From Squalus acanthias (lineage: Eukaryota), in NCBI GenBank assembly GCA_030390025.1, contig CM059432.1, positions 135,224,001 to 135,288,000 on the forward strand: a stretch of 64,000 nucleotides of DNA. The letters run 5' to 3'. Every line of letters starts with the position of its first letter. Position 1 is the first letter of the stretch. The notes beneath the pieces were generated by a model. That model was not told where the DNA came from, did not search any database, and was given only the letters and a program-made list of their open reading frames with translations. Shown here piece after piece: positions 1 through 13,837 of this stretch. The position numbers and the translations under genes were made by a program.

Positions 1-150
1 TTTTAAAACCCAAAGCACTAAAAGAATCATGTTCATCTTCAATAGGTTCAATTGATTTTTGTTGTACTTCAGATTTTTTAAAATATCATTGTTATAAATC
101 CCACTCTTCAGCAGGAAGCACTGGTGATGTGGGATTGTTGTGCCAGCGTT

Positions 151-184
151 TGTGTGTGTGTGTGTGTGTGTGGGGGGGGGGGGG
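151..184. repeat. (GT)n plus poly-G microsatellite; others: (TA)n ~13806-13840, (GA)n ~33606-33631, (GT)n ~45564-45581
   Basis: Direct inspection. Confidence 0.85.
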
Positions 185-719
185 AGAGGGAGGGGTAGGG
201 GATCAGGTTGGTACTTGGGATGTGACCTGCTTTTATTCTTCTCCCAGGCTCCTGGGCCATTGGAATGTGCACCACTTTGCCATTTTTTGTTTTCCTTCTC
301 TTTCTACCTGCCTCATCCCCCACCTCCTTGGCTATTCACAGGTTGTCCGCGTCCCGTAAATGTCTTTCATTTCTCTCGTCGTGCCTCCTGTCGTTCTATC
401 CCGTTATCACTTCTGCTGTCTTGCATTTTCCATGTAAGCACTTTACAGATCATCCTACTTCTGACCTCGTATGTTTGTGTGCGTGTGTCCGCATGCGCAC
501 GTGACTGCACCCGCACGTGTTTCACACCAGTGTATAAGTCACACCCTTAGCATAAAATCAAAACTAAGGTGCTATTCAAACACTAGATTTTGAGCTAAAT
601 ACTTTTTTTTAAGTTATATTATATTTGTAGATGGACATTACAAACTTGCAGGTATGTGTGGTCCAAATTCCTCAGAGCTGCTGCCACCCCACTGCCATTA
701 TTTTGCAATATTGCAACAA

Positions 720-1195
720 CACCTTGTATTGATTATAGTGCCTTTAACATAGTAAAACGTCCCAAGGCACTTCACAAGAGCATTATCAGACTAAATGTGA
801 CACCGAGCCACAAAGAAAGAAAGACTTGCATTTATATAGCACCTTTCACGACCCCAGGACATCCAAAAATGCTTAACAGCCAATTAAGTACTTTTGAAGT
901 GTGGGCAATGCTGTAATGTAGAAAGGACATATTCGGACAGGTAACCAAAAGCTTGGCCAAAGAGGCAGGTTTTAAGGAGCGTCTTAAAGGAGGAGAGAGA
1001 GGTGGAGAGGCAGAGAGGTTTAGGAAGGGAATTCCAGAGCTTAGGGCCTAGGCAACAGAAGGCACGACCGCCAATGAAAATTGGATTTGAGCAAGAGGCC
1101 AGAATTGATGAAATGCGAAGATCTTGGAGGGTTGTAAGGCTGGAAGAGCTCACAGACATAGGATGAGGCGAGGCCATGGCAGGATTACGCATGTA
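720..1195 (-). mobile_element. L2-like LINE 3' remnant; related pieces at ~25930-26340, 35390-35750, 36640-37020
   Basis: IGGRAFCCLGPKLWNSLPK...FKTLLKTCLF, typical of L2 C-termini. Confidence 0.6.
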
Positions 1196-1423
1196 AACGG
1201 GGTTGCCACCACAGCTCAGTGAAGTTACAGCCGGGGTAGGGTAAGCAATAACAATAAGCAGCTCAGGAATTTCCCAGTGCAAGAGCCTGATTGTTTCAAG
1301 TTATTTTCTTTTACATTACATGGAAGTTATTGCAGGAGAATGCTGATAGAGCGAAAATCTGAGCTCCGATCAATCTCCCATTGTTTAGCTTCAAGAAGTG
1401 AAATATGCATTAATAGAAATATT

Positions 1424-2242
1424 GGGGGAAATTTTCCCAGCCCTGAGGAGGCGGGTTTGGAGACGGGACTGCCGGGAAAATGGCAAAAACTGGGAGCGGG
1501 TACCAACCCCGCTCCCAACCCGCCTCCGTTCCATCTTCCCGGGAGTCGAGTCCCCAAGTCGCGCAGGAACTCGGCTCCTTGAGGTGGGATGGGGATTAGA
1601 GCCAATTAACTGCCTGTTAACATGTTTTGAGGCTTTTCCCCATTTTACGCCTGCAATTGCGGGCTTCCCGATGGCTGCGAACCTCGCCAGGGTCAGCGAG
1701 GCGAGCAGTGGGTCTGTGGGGGTGAGAGGGGTCGACATGTCAGATGTAGAGGTGAGTGATGGGTGCAAGTGTGGACAGGTAAGTATGAGAGGTGAGTGTA
1801 AACTTTTTTTAAAAGTTTCCTTACCTTTGCTCCTTTCTGCAGGCTTCAACCGTTGAGGATCCGGAGGTGCCTCATCTCAACGACAGAGATGACAGAATGG
1901 CTGCTGCATTCTCAGATGCAGCAGCCATCTGATTTCTGCTGAGGAGAGGTGTCTTGGTGAGCCTTTGTGCAAGGGCTCACCTTAGAACAGAGATTGTCAG
2001 TGTTTGACAGCTTCTCAAAACTGTCAAACGCTGACAATTCATCTGTCAAAAACTTTTCGACAGATGAAGCGTCATACGCTGATGTCATCTGTCGCCAAAT
2101 TTCCCTTAATTGGCCGGGCGTGCTTAACAAGGCCAATCAAGGGAAAATAGCGTGGGTTCGTCATACATCGCTGGGGGCGGGACTAGAACCCGGAAGGCAG
2201 CAGTCCCGCCCACAACTTGTCTCGGCTGGCAAAATCCAGCCC
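1424..2242. mobile_element. Non-autonomous TIR element, same family as 12546-13385
   Basis: Shared blocks (gaggaggcggg, ttaactgcctgttaaca, tgtcagtgtttgacagc hairpin) and the right end AAAATCCAGCCC. Confidence 0.7.
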
Positions 2243-2989
2243 TAAGTGTCTCCAGTCATAAAGTGCTTATCTCATTCTGAATACTGTCTGCCAATCAGTA
2301 ACAATCAGCCAGCTACTAATTGTGAAATATTATTGCAGTATGCAAAGCTTTCACTACAAAACTACCCTACTCTGTTTACTGTGACAGAAGCTTTTGTATT
2401 TTACTTATTGGAAGCTTCATAAATCTAGTGATCTACTGTTGCGTTTTTCACAGATATAGTCCACTGCATTGCAGACTCACCATACCTTCATAGTGTTGGC
2501 GTTAGCTTGGTAATAACATTGCTGCTGACATTCCTTTGACCTTTTGATAACAGATTTGGCTGTTAATGTTTATGACAGATACACACTGGAAACATGCACA
2601 TCTTTTGCTAGGATTCAAATGTTCCAATGAGTTCCACCTTTTCCTATCTACTGTGCATAGGTATTGACTACTACTGCTAGAATAACACATTTAGTTATAC
2701 TGCAGACTAATCAAACAAACCCAGTCTACCAAGATTTTATATCTTATAAATACCTCACAAAAATCCATTTCAAAGTATTTATTGTAAGGTCACAGCAGTC
2801 TTAAAAGGGGCCACTATTTCAGCAATTAGGGCCTGGCACCACAGATTTTCTAAAGGGAGTAACATCAGATTGAGGTAATTTACATGGGACCTTTACAGCA
2901 CTATCTTTATCTCACTGGCCATTTGAGGTTTTCCTGCATCCTAGGAACTGGCCAGAACAACCTAGGCTCTTTCTTGCAAATCTGATATT

Positions 2990-3885
2990 ACATAGAATTT
3001 TACAGCACAGAACCAGGCCATTTGGCCCAACTGGCCCATGCCAATGTTTATGCTCCACACAAGCCTCCTCTCACCCCTCTTCATCTCACCCTATCAGCAT
3101 AGCCTTCTATTCCTTTCTCCCTCGTGTGTTTATCTAGCTTCCCCTTCAATGTATCTATACTATTCACCTCACCTACTCCTTGTGGTAGCGAGTTCCACAT
3201 TCTAACCACTCTCTGGGTAAAGAAGTTTCTCCTGAATTCCTCACTGGATTTATTAGTGACTGTCTTATATTGATGGCCCCTAGTTTTGGTCTCCCCAAAA
3301 GTAGAAACATCTCCTCTGCATCTATCCTATTGAACATCTTCATAATTTTAAAAACCTCTATCCGGTCATCCCTCAATCTTCTCTTTTCTAGAGAAAACAG
3401 CCCCAGCCTGTTCAGTCTCTCCTGATAGGTATAACCTCTCAGTTCTGGCACTATCATTGTACAGGAAACTCTTTATTAACCGGGATTGACGGGACCGGCG
3501 TGGTGCCGGTTTATCGAAAGTACCGGATAACGGAGAGTTATATCTACCGAGGCTATTTTTAACAAAGAAAAATAAATAAATCAAGAAATGTGCAGTATAC
3601 AGTATTTGGGTACTTTTGAAAACTACCCCTACTGACTAAATCGGCGTTCGCGGACTCGGACTCTGGATCGGCAACATTGCCGGTTATTTGAGAGGAGTTT
3701 TCGGAGTACTCGGCGTTCGCGGAGACTCGACTGCAACTCGGCAACATTGCTGGTTATTTGAGAGGAGTTTTCGGAGGATGATTTTTGCCGGTTAAGCGAG
3801 AATTCCGGATATTTGGGTGCCGGATAAACAAAAGTTTCCTGTAAATCTTTTTTTGTAATATGTAGACCAGAACTGAGCACAGTAC
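2990..3885 (-). mobile_element. CR1 3' fragment interrupted by a MITE
   Basis: ORF 3173-3457 (RLGLFSLEKRRLR) plus CR1 3' UTR; continues after 3843. Confidence 0.8.
3462..3841. mobile_element. MITE, Tc1/mariner (pogo/Tigger-like) type
   Basis: TA|CAGGAAACT...AGTTTCCTG|TA terminal inverted repeats with TA TSD; internal ~70-bp tandem duplication; interrupts a CR1 fragment. Confidence 0.85.
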
Positions 3886-4699
3886 CTTTTTTATATCTTT
3901 AGAACTTGTTTATTTTCCTGTGACAGAGCAAGCAAACATGGAGCATGGTGTGACAATGCTGGTGCTTAGCAATGATGCTAATTGTGGCAATGGGCTGTTG
4001 ACCAAGGCAAACTTCTCTATTCTTCACTTGTTAGTTTTAATTAATTCAAATTAACAGTCCTAATTGGGATTAAATCATCAAAGCAGCTGTAACTGAAGCT
4101 ACACAAAAGAGAACAAAGAAAAGCAGAATCGTGAAGTGAAAGCAATAGTTCATTAACACTATAGAGATTGACTACTTCCAGCAGAATAAAAAGTGGCAAG
4201 TTTTTAAATGGCGAAATGCAGCAATGACATCTTAACAGAAACAAGTGCAGCAGCAAATTATGTTCGAGCAGGGAGGTTTGTACATGCAGGTTTGTTTTCT
4301 CAATACATTTGCAGTTTGTGGTTAAAATAAACCAGATGGTTAAACAATTTTTTTAATTACCAATTGTATTGAAAGGCAGCTGATGGGAGTAAAGGATATT
4401 TATTTTATAAATTTAAAACCGATTCCAATAGAAAAGAGGTTACAAAATGGAACAAAAAGTATTATGCACATGGCTACAGAATAAATAACTTAAGAAGAAA
4501 CACCAAGTTAAATAAAGTACAGCAAGTTTTATGTCTATTAGCCACATTCATAAGTGAGGCCTGAAAGCATCCATTATTAAATAGTTCTCTTCACCTACCG
4601 GAAATGAGAGGTTAGATGTGAAGAAAGGCTTAAAAAATTGGGAGAAGGTTAAGGGCAGAACCTAATTAAAAATGTCAAAATCATGAAAGGTTCTAATGG

Positions 4700-7600
4700 A
4701 ACATAGGAACAGCAGTAGGCCATTCAGTCCCTCGAACCTGCTCCGCCATTCAATTAGATCATGGCTGATTTGCACCTCAACTCCTTTTACCTGCCTTTAC
4801 CCCATATCCATCGCTCCCCTTACCTAACAAAAATCTATCTATCTCAGTCATGCAAGCTCCAGTTGTCCTAGCATCCACAACCTTTTGGGTGGGGGGGAGA
4901 GAGTTCCATATCTCTACCACCCTTTGTGCTTCCTGATTTCATTCCTGGATGGCCTAGCTCTAATTTTAAGATTACTGCCCCTTGCTCTTGATTTCCCCCA
5001 CCAGAGGAAATAGTTTCACCGTATCTACCCTGTCAAATCCTTTTAACATTTTAAACAACTCGATCGGATCAACTCTCAATCTTCTATGTTCAAGGCAATA
5101 CAAGCCAAGTTTACGCAATCTGTCCTCATAATTTACTCCTCTAAGGCCCAGTATCATTCTGGTGAATCTGCACTGCACGTCCTCCAAGACCAATATATCC
5201 TTCCTGAAGTACGGTGCCCAGAACTGAATGCAGTACTCCAGATGGGGTCTGACCAATGATCTATACAACTGAAGCATAACTTCCTCTCCTTTGTATTCCA
5301 GCCACCTTGAGATAAATGCCAATATTCCATTAGCCTTTTTTATTGCTTTTTGTACCTGTCTACTATTTTTTAGTGATTTGTGTACTTGGACTCTCGAATC
5401 TCTTTGCTCCTCTACAGTTTCTAGTTTCTTGCCGTTTAGAAAATACTTAGATTTATTTTTCTTGGGTCCAAACTGGATGACCTCACACTTGCCTACGAAA
5501 TCCATTTGTTGTCGTTTTACCCACTCACTTAATCTGTCTATGTCCCTTTGCAACTTCTTGCTCCCATCTTCATTGCTTACTGTCCATCCTAACTTAGTGT
5601 CATCTACAAACTTGGATATATGGCTCTCTAGGAATGACGTAAAGGCTTTGGAGAGGGTACAGAAGAGATTTACTGGAATTGTTCCAGGGATAAGGGATTA
5701 CAGTTACATGGATATCCTTCCTAATGTGCCCAGAATTGGACACAATACTCCAGCTGGGGCCGAACTAGTGTTTTATATCGGTTTAGCATAACTTCCTGGC
5801 TTTTGTACTCTAAGCCTCGATTTATAAAGCCCAGGATCCCATATGCTTTATTAACTGTGTTGTTAACCTGTCCTGCCACCTTCAAAGATTTGTGCACAAA
5901 CACCCCCAGGTCTCTCTGTTCTTGCACCCACTTTAAAATTGTACCATTTAGCTTGTATTTTCTCTCCTCATTCTTCTGACCAAAATGTATCACCTGACAT
6001 TTTTCTGCGTTGAATTTCATCTGCCATGTGTCCGCGTGTTTATGTCCTCTTGAAGTCTATTACTATCTTCCTCACTGTTTACTACACTTCCAACATTTGT
6101 GTCAGCTGCAAATTTTGAAATTGTGCCCTGTACCCAAAGTTCAATTCATTAATGTATATCAAAAACAGCAGTGGTCCTAGTACAGGAAACTCTTGTTTAA
6201 CCGGCACCTAAATGATAAATTGACCCTTAGTGTTAGGGGGGGATTAAATATGTGGGGTTACAGGGATAGGATGGGATATGTTAGGGGGAATTAAATACGT
6301 GGGGTTACGGGGATAGGGTGGGATATGTGTCGGTGCAGGCTCGATGGGGATTCTGTGTGAGAAAGCAGGGACAGGGTACTGGATTTGGATGATCAGCCAT
6401 GATCGTATTGAATGGTGGAGCAGGCTCGACAGGCCGAATGGCCTACTCCTGCTCCTAGTTTCTATGTTTCTATGTAAATATCCGGAATTCTCTCTTAACC
6501 GGCAAAAATCATACTCCGAAAACTCCTCTCAAATAACCGGCAATGTTGCCGAGTCCGAGTCTGAGTCTCCCGCGAACGCCGAGTACTCCGAAAACTCCTC
6601 TCAAATAACCGGCAATGTTGCCGAGTCCAAGTCCGAGTCTCCCGCGAACGCCGAGTTAGTCAGTGGGGGTAGTTCTCCAAAGTGCCACTACTCGGTTTAT
6701 AAGTTTTGTTTTACTGTTAAGTAATTAAAGAGTTATGGATTACCCTCAACTGGCAGTACTGTACTTAATCAAGCATCTTCCACCATCCATTTAACACAAC
6801 ATTCTGTAGGGGAGTACCCAAATACTGTATACTGCACATTTCTTGATTTTTTTATTTTTGTTTGTTAAAAATAGCCTCGGTAGATATAACTCTCCGTTAT
6901 CTGGAACTTTTGATCAACCGGCACCACGCCGGTGCCGGATACCAAAGAGTTTCCTGTACTGAACCTTGGGGAACTCCACTGTATACCTCCCTCCAGTCCG
7001 AAAAACAGCCATTCACCACAACTCTCTGGTTTTCTATCCCTCAGATGCTGCTCCTTATATCCCATAGGCTTCAATTTTGCTAACAAGCCTAATATGTGGT
7101 ATTTTATCAAAGTCCATATACACAACATCAACTACACCTCCCTCATCTACCCTCTCTGTTACCTCATCAAAAAACTCAATCAAGTTAGTCAAACACGATT
7201 TGCCCTTAACAAATTCATGCTGGCTCTCCTTTATTAGTCCATGCTCGTCCAAGTGGCTGTTAAGTTTCTCCCGGATTATTGTTTCTAAAAGCTTCCCCAC
7301 CACCGACGTTAAACTGACTGGTCTGTAATTGCCAGGTTTATCCTTCTCCCCTTTTTTGAATAAGGGTGTAACATTTGCAATCCTCCAGTCCTTTAGCTCC
7401 ATCCCTGTATCTAAGGAGGATTAGAAGATTGTGGCCAGCACCTCCGCAATTTCTACCCTTACTTCTCTCGGCATCCTAGGATGCTTCCCATCTGGACCGG
7501 GTGACTTATCTACTTTAAGTACTGCCAGCTTTTCTCATACCTCCTATTTAGCTATTTTTATCTCATCCAGTATCCCAGCAACCGCCTCGTTTACCGTAGC

Positions 7601-8340
7601 TTTGGCAAAGTCCTCTTCCTTGGTAAACACCGATACAAAGTACTCATTTGGTACCTCAGCCATGCCTTCTGTCTCCACTAATAGATCTCTATTTTGGTCC
7701 TAATCGGCCCACTGCTCCTCTGACAACCCTTTTACTGTTAATATGCCTATAGAAGACCATTGGATTCCCCTTTATGTTAGCCGCCAATCTATTCTCGTAC
7801 TCTCTCTTTGCCCCTCTTATTTCCTTTTTCACTTCTCCTCTGTACTTTTTATATTCAGCCTGATTCTCCCTTGTATTATCAAGCTGACATCTGGTCATAT
7901 GCCCCCTTTTTCTGCTTCATCCTACTCTCCAACTCCTTTGTCATCCAGGGAGCTCTGGCTTTGATTGCCCTCCCTTTCCCCCTTGTAGGAATGTACCTCG
8001 ACTGTACCCAAACCACCTCCTCTTTAAAGGCCGCCATTGCTCCTCTGCACTTTTTATATGCAGCCTGATTCTCCCTTGTATTACCAAGCTGCCTTCTGTC
8101 ACATGCTCCCTTTTTCTGCTAAATACGTTTGAATACCTCCCACTGTTTTTCTGTAGGTTTATCTGTTAACAGCTCAGCCCAATTTAACGAGTTCAGTTTA
8201 CGTCTCATTCCTTCAAAGTCAGTCTAATTTACGTTTAAAAGCCTGGTTTGTGCATGATCTTGCTCTTTCTCAAACTTAATGTTAAACTCGATTATGTGAT
8301 GGTCACTGTTTGCAAGATGCTCCCTCACGGTCAGCACTAT
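4700..8340 (-). mobile_element. Cluster of nested/adjacent CR1 ORF2 fragments
   Basis: ORFs 4972-5553, 5721-6020, 7055-7402 and 7689-7898 translate to CR1 RT segments (VRPHLEYC, NYRPVSLTS, KSCLTNL). Confidence 0.85.
6183..6956. mobile_element. Second copy of the same MITE, opposite orientation, carrying a nested SINE-tail + CR1 3'-end insertion (~6214-6474)
   Basis: Same TIRs and TA TSD; body is the reverse complement of 3462-3841; the nested insert is flanked by TAAAT; the MITE itself interrupts a CR1. Confidence 0.85.
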
Positions 8341-8476
8341 TAATTAATACTGTCTCAATACTCATTATTTAATCTGGTATGGAAGATTGTTTTAAAATGA
8401 GTAACAAAGGGGTTTAGATTAAGTACTATTACTAGAAGATTGAAGGGGCAAGTTAGAGGCATTTTTTCACTAGGGA

Positions 8477-9122
8477 CATAGAAACATAGAAGATAGGAGC
8501 AGGAGTAGGCCATTCGGCTCCTTGAGCCTGTTCCGCCATTTAATGAGATCATGGCTGATCATCCAAATTCAGTACCCTGTCCCTCCTTTCTCCCCATATC
8601 CCTTGATCCCTTTAGCCTTAAGAAATATATCTAACTCCTTCTTGAATATATTTAATGAATTGGACTCAACTGCCTTCTGTGGTAGAGAATTCCACAGGTT
8701 CACCACTCTCTGGGTGAAGAAATTCCTCCTCATCTCAGTCCTGAATGGCCTACCTCTTAACCTTAGACTGTGACCCCTGGTTCTGGACTCCCCCGCCATC
8801 GGGAACATCCTTCCTGCATCTAAGTCTGTCTAGTCCTGTTAGAATTTTATAAGTTTCAGTGAGATCCCCTCTCATTCTTCTAAACTCTAGCGAATATAAG
8901 CCTAATCGACCCAATCTCTCTTCATATGTCATTCCTGCCATCCCAGGTATCAGTCTGGTGAATCTCCCTCCATGGCAAGAACATCCTTCCTCAGATAAGG
9001 CGACCAAAACTGCACACAATACTCAAGGTGTGGTCTCACCAAGGCCCTGTACAACTGCAGCAAGACATCCTTGCTCCTGTACTCGAATCCTCTCGCTATG
9101 AAGGCCAACATACCATTTGCTT
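8477..9122 (-). mobile_element. CR1 3' fragment
   Basis: LYSLEFRRMRGDL / RNFFTQRVVNLWNSLP and a CR1 tail. Confidence 0.85.
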
Positions 9123-12100
9123 TAGCACTTTATGGAGTGCTTTATCACAAGTGGCTATTGAGACAAAGACCATCATATAATTTAAAATGGAATTGCATAC
9201 CACCACAAGCACGATAGGCTGAATGGCCTCCTTCTGTGCTGTACTTCCTAGCATCAGTGTATCACTTTGTCTCTAATACTGTTGGATTATAATTGTAAGA
9301 TGGCACACAGCAATGTTTCACTTCATTTATAAAGCTTAAGACACAACTGAAGAACAAGACAGATTTTTGGACCAACATCAAATAAGCTTGTGTGGCAGGG
9401 AAGGCAGAAAGGAATGAGAGACAGAGAGAAAGTGTGTGTTTGTGCGAGAGAAAGGGAAACCGCTAAAAAGAAAAAAGTGAACACGTGTACAATGATAGAG
9501 AAAGACAGCAAGAGCGAGAGAGCAAGGGGCAGCAAAAACAGAGCGAGCGAGTACAAGACACAGACAGACAGGGAAAGGGAAAGATGATGAGCAAACTCTC
9601 AGAGAAAGACAGACGCAGAAAGATGGGCATGTAGACAAAGGGAAAGCCACAATGAGAGACAAAGATCAATATGGTCTGTCCTTGGTTCCACTTGATTTGA
9701 ACATACAGAAACCTTCTGCTGAACAAAAGATCATATTTACTAATAGGTATGACTATCAGCTCAAATAACAATAAAATATTGATATAGCAAGACACAAGAA
9801 TGTACAGTTCTGTTTAACTGCAGACAGAATTGCTACTGCAATCGCTACTAAAGGTTTTCATCCAGTTCTAATAAAAATGTATGGTCAAGAATTACCGATT
9901 GACAAGTTCTGTAATAATCTCTGAAATGGACATGCTCTATTCAATTTATCCCACCTCAGTCTTTAACCAAACTGGTCACATCACTCCACGGAATTTTTCC
10001 AATAATTTTATTGGCAACCTAAAGTTATATTGCTACTTTTAGGGGAAAAATATACTTATACAAGTTGTGACTCTTATTTCTTCAATCTTAAAAATAGAGG
10101 ATTTTAACTTTTACCACTTCAGTGAAAAATGTACACTTTTCTGAATATAATTTAATATTTTATATGGGACTGTGTTCATCACTTGTCTGTAAACATTCAT
10201 GTTAACAAAGCTAGTGCAGATTTTGTCTCAAGCCATAAAATGCATAATTTGTTTGCAGAGTGCTTTTTAAAAAAAAAAATTAACCGCTCCACAATTTCTG
10301 AAAAACTGCGTGAGCATCTAGGAAGTTAAACCTCAAGCAACAGCCGACAGGATGTTAAGCTGAGGAGAGGTGCATTGTATCTCAAAACTTTGGTTACAGC
10401 AGTAAACTGCAAACTGCTGACAAGAAATAGATCCCCATTAGCAATAATTCGAGCACTTGGGCACCGACAGTGGCTCTGATCATCTGCCTCCCTGAAAGGA
10501 GGGTGTTTCCTGCTGTTGAAAAGGCTACGGATTCCACATTTAGTGCCATGTGCATTGATGTGGTTCCCAGCAGCTGCACACTGACACTTTTTATTCTGGT
10601 AAACCACATTTTTAAAGCTCACGAGAAAATGTTTGTTATGTCTGTCAAAGAGGCAGAATCACTTTTTTTTCCCCCCCTCTGGCTCTCTGCGGACCACAGC
10701 TTAACAACTGTCAAAACCCACATAAACTCCTGGCAATTAAAGGTAAACTCCTCTATCAATAGCACTTACGCAGATGATTGTAATAGTTTTAATTTATTAC
10801 AACTCTTAAACTCAAGTTTTTCCATAGTTCACCGACAAAAAAGAAAAGCTTTTATGTCCCAAATCATTTTCAGTTCAATTGTAAGGGGAACAAGAGCGTT
10901 CATGAATCTGCATGGCTGTAGGACTGTTTGGCAACATTAAACGCCAGGTAGCACAATGAATAGGTGTACTGTGCAGAGTCCAAATCATCGACAGGAACAA
11001 ATCGTCAGAAAAGAAAATTCACATGACGTTTTTAAAAAAGACCTTATCCACAACTTGGTGTCACGTAGGCCTGGTAAAGCTGTGATCGGAGCGAGCGGTG
11101 GGTAAATCACAACTGATCGCCACGTCATCAAGTTTGGGATGGGGTGGGAGTGGGGGGGGTGAGGGAGAATGAGCCAGCTTTTCAGCTCCCGATCGCCACA
11201 CAGTGACTCTGTTGGAAACTGTCTCTGTGTGAACGTTGGTCAAGGGAACACGATTGGACTCAGCAGGGATGTCCTAATGGTTGAGTAATCTTCTCGCACT
11301 CACTGCTCAGGCTGACATATAAAACGTGACCACTTGGGTGAGGACAGACTGGTGTCTGTGTAACTTTATTCCAATGTGAATTACGTCCTTCAAGAAAGGA
11401 GGGAAGGAAGCCAGAACAAAACACACTACTATTTTAATACCGGTCTCTGACTATCGGACTAATTTATTTAGCAGTGCTGCTGAAGTTACACTGAAACAGC
11501 TGTAACTCACAATTTCACTGGAAGTAGAAGCAACGGGGAATAAATAAAAATGAGTACAACAGAAGATAAAGGCCTTCAAATTATGCATAGGGGTAAGATT
11601 TTAATGATCGGGTGGCTGACCGGCACATCACCCCATAGTGCTGGCGGGAGGCCTGGTCCATTTCAAAGGCCAGGCCTCACTAACATAAGCGTACTGGGCT
11701 GTAGTAGATTTGAATGGAAATGAAAATCAGGCAGTTTCTGTAAACAGTGGCCAATCTGCAACTAAAGTTTGACATCCAAATGGCAAGTTGAAAAAGTTGA
11801 AGCCTTGGACAGTTTCATTACTGGTGCTTGTAGTCTACAAGTCCACTGTTAATAGTTTTAGCAATGTCTTTTAACTGAAATTACAGACAGTAATGAAATT
11901 CAGCATTAATCTAAAGGTACATTTTCTTTTGTGGGTAAAGTTAAATAAAAATGATTTGACCAAGTTATTATAAAGCAATTACAATTTAGTGGGAAAATAT
12001 TTCTTTAGCTTCACACGCAGAGGAAAATACACCTTCTTATTTCCTCTAACTCAGCATTCTGGTCTTTGAATATGCTTTTTGAACTTGTGGCTGCAACAAA

Positions 12101-12545
12101 TTCCACCCCGTGTCTCCCTTTAATTGTATGCTTATAGTAAGCGTACCTACCATTTCCCTCTATACTTGATGTAGAATCATAAAGGTACCAAGCCATTGTA
12201 GCTGGAAAAACGTCATTGGACATTCGACCTCTACCACCTAGAAGGACAAGGGTAGCAGGTGCATGGGAACACCACCACCTCCAAGTTCCCTTCCAAGTCA
12301 CACACCATCCCGACTTGGAAATACATTGAAATATATCGCCATTCCTTCATTGTCACTAGGTCATAATCCTGGAACTCCCTCCCTCACAGCACTATGGGAG
12401 GACCTTCATCTCAAGAAGGTGGTGGGAAGCCACTGCCATCCGTAAGAGCAATTAGGGTTGGGCAATAGATGCTGGTCTTGCCAGCGACGCCCACTTCCCA
12501 GGAATGAATTAAAAAAAAATTAGACAGCAGATAGTCCAATATAAT

Positions 12546-13385
12546 GGGCTGGATTTTCCAAGCCCCGAGGAGGCGGGCATGGAGGCGGGACTGCCGGTAA
12601 AGCAGCAGAAAGTGGGGGCGGATGTCAAACCCACCCCCATCCCGCCTCCGTGCCCTTTTGCCAGGAGGCGGGAAGATGTGCTGCTTCAGGTCCCGTCTCC
12701 TGGAGGCGGGAAAGGCATTAAATACTTTTAACTGCCTGTTAACAGGTAGTTAACGGGCAGAAAAAAGGATTAGTGCCATTTTACCTTCACAGGTGAAGGC
12801 TTCCCGACCTCGGAGAACTTCGCTGGGTTGGAGGAGACGTGAAGGAGGTCTGCGGGGGTCGGAGGCACCTGGAAGTAAGATGTAAAGGTGAGTGATGGGT
12901 GCAAGTGTGGAGTGGTAAGTATGGAAGGCGAGTGATGTGTAAAAAAATGTTCATATACCTTGTTTTCTTCCTACAGCCTTCATCCACCCTGGATCGGGAG
13001 ACCCGACATCCTCGTTGTCGATTTCACAGACTGTTGGTTCGGAGGATCCAACAGCCAACTGAAATCGACAAAGTTGAAAGGTTTGATGAGTCCTGAATAC
13101 AAGGATTCATCAAACTATAGAGAATGTCAGTGTTTGACAGCTTCACAGAGCTGTCAAACGCTGACATTTCTTCTTCCAAGAAGTCTTGATAGATAGAGCA
13201 CGTCAACATTAGACGTGCTGTCAGCGTCTTCCTCCCTAATTGGCCTGCTGAGCCCGCAGGGCGGGCTTAACAAGGTCAATCAAGGGAAAATCCCGCTGGT
13301 TGGTCAGACGAGGATGGAGGCGGGACATTGACTTGACAAGCAGAAGTCCCGCCTCCAACTCGTCTCCATTGAGAAAATCCAGCCC
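12546..13385. mobile_element. Non-autonomous TIR element, PIF/Harbinger-like
   Basis: TIR GGGCTGGATTTT...AAAATCCAGCCC with 3-bp TSD AAT; homologous to 1424-2242 and 24501-25368. Confidence 0.75.
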
Positions 13386-13805
13386 AATATTTTCTTAGCA
13401 AGTCAGCATCAGAGAATGAATGAAGACTGACATTTATAGATATAAACACTGATTTAAGACTAATTACACAGACCCTTTATGAAAATATATTTATTTCATT
13501 TGCATACACTTAGCATGTGGATCTAAATGAAAACATAATTTTCTTTCAGCATCAAGCATCTGCGTCAGGTAGTAAATTGAACAGCGCATTCGTCAAAAAT
13601 GTCACTCATTTTTGATCCAAAATACAGACAGAAGAAATGGTTGAATATTTCTTGTTAAATATAACTTTCATTGGCCTTAATAACTGCAGCACAGGATACT
13701 ACAACTATTAAATGCATTTAATAAAAAACAAGTATGTCCCTTTAGATCCTTGTGCAAAACCACAACAGCAGGGAAGATCCACTCTATAACACACTGTGAT
13801 TTGTT

Positions 13806-13837
<32 letters not shown>

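Noticed and set aside
3640..3780. Repeat units with internal palindromes resembling a CRISPR array (also 6512-6655)
   Set aside because: Only two tandem units with no unique spacers, inside a TA-flanked MITE in eukaryotic DNA, and no cas genes.
10470..10940. 156-aa ORF on the + strand
   Set aside because: Non-ATG start, no recognisable domain, antisense within an intron.
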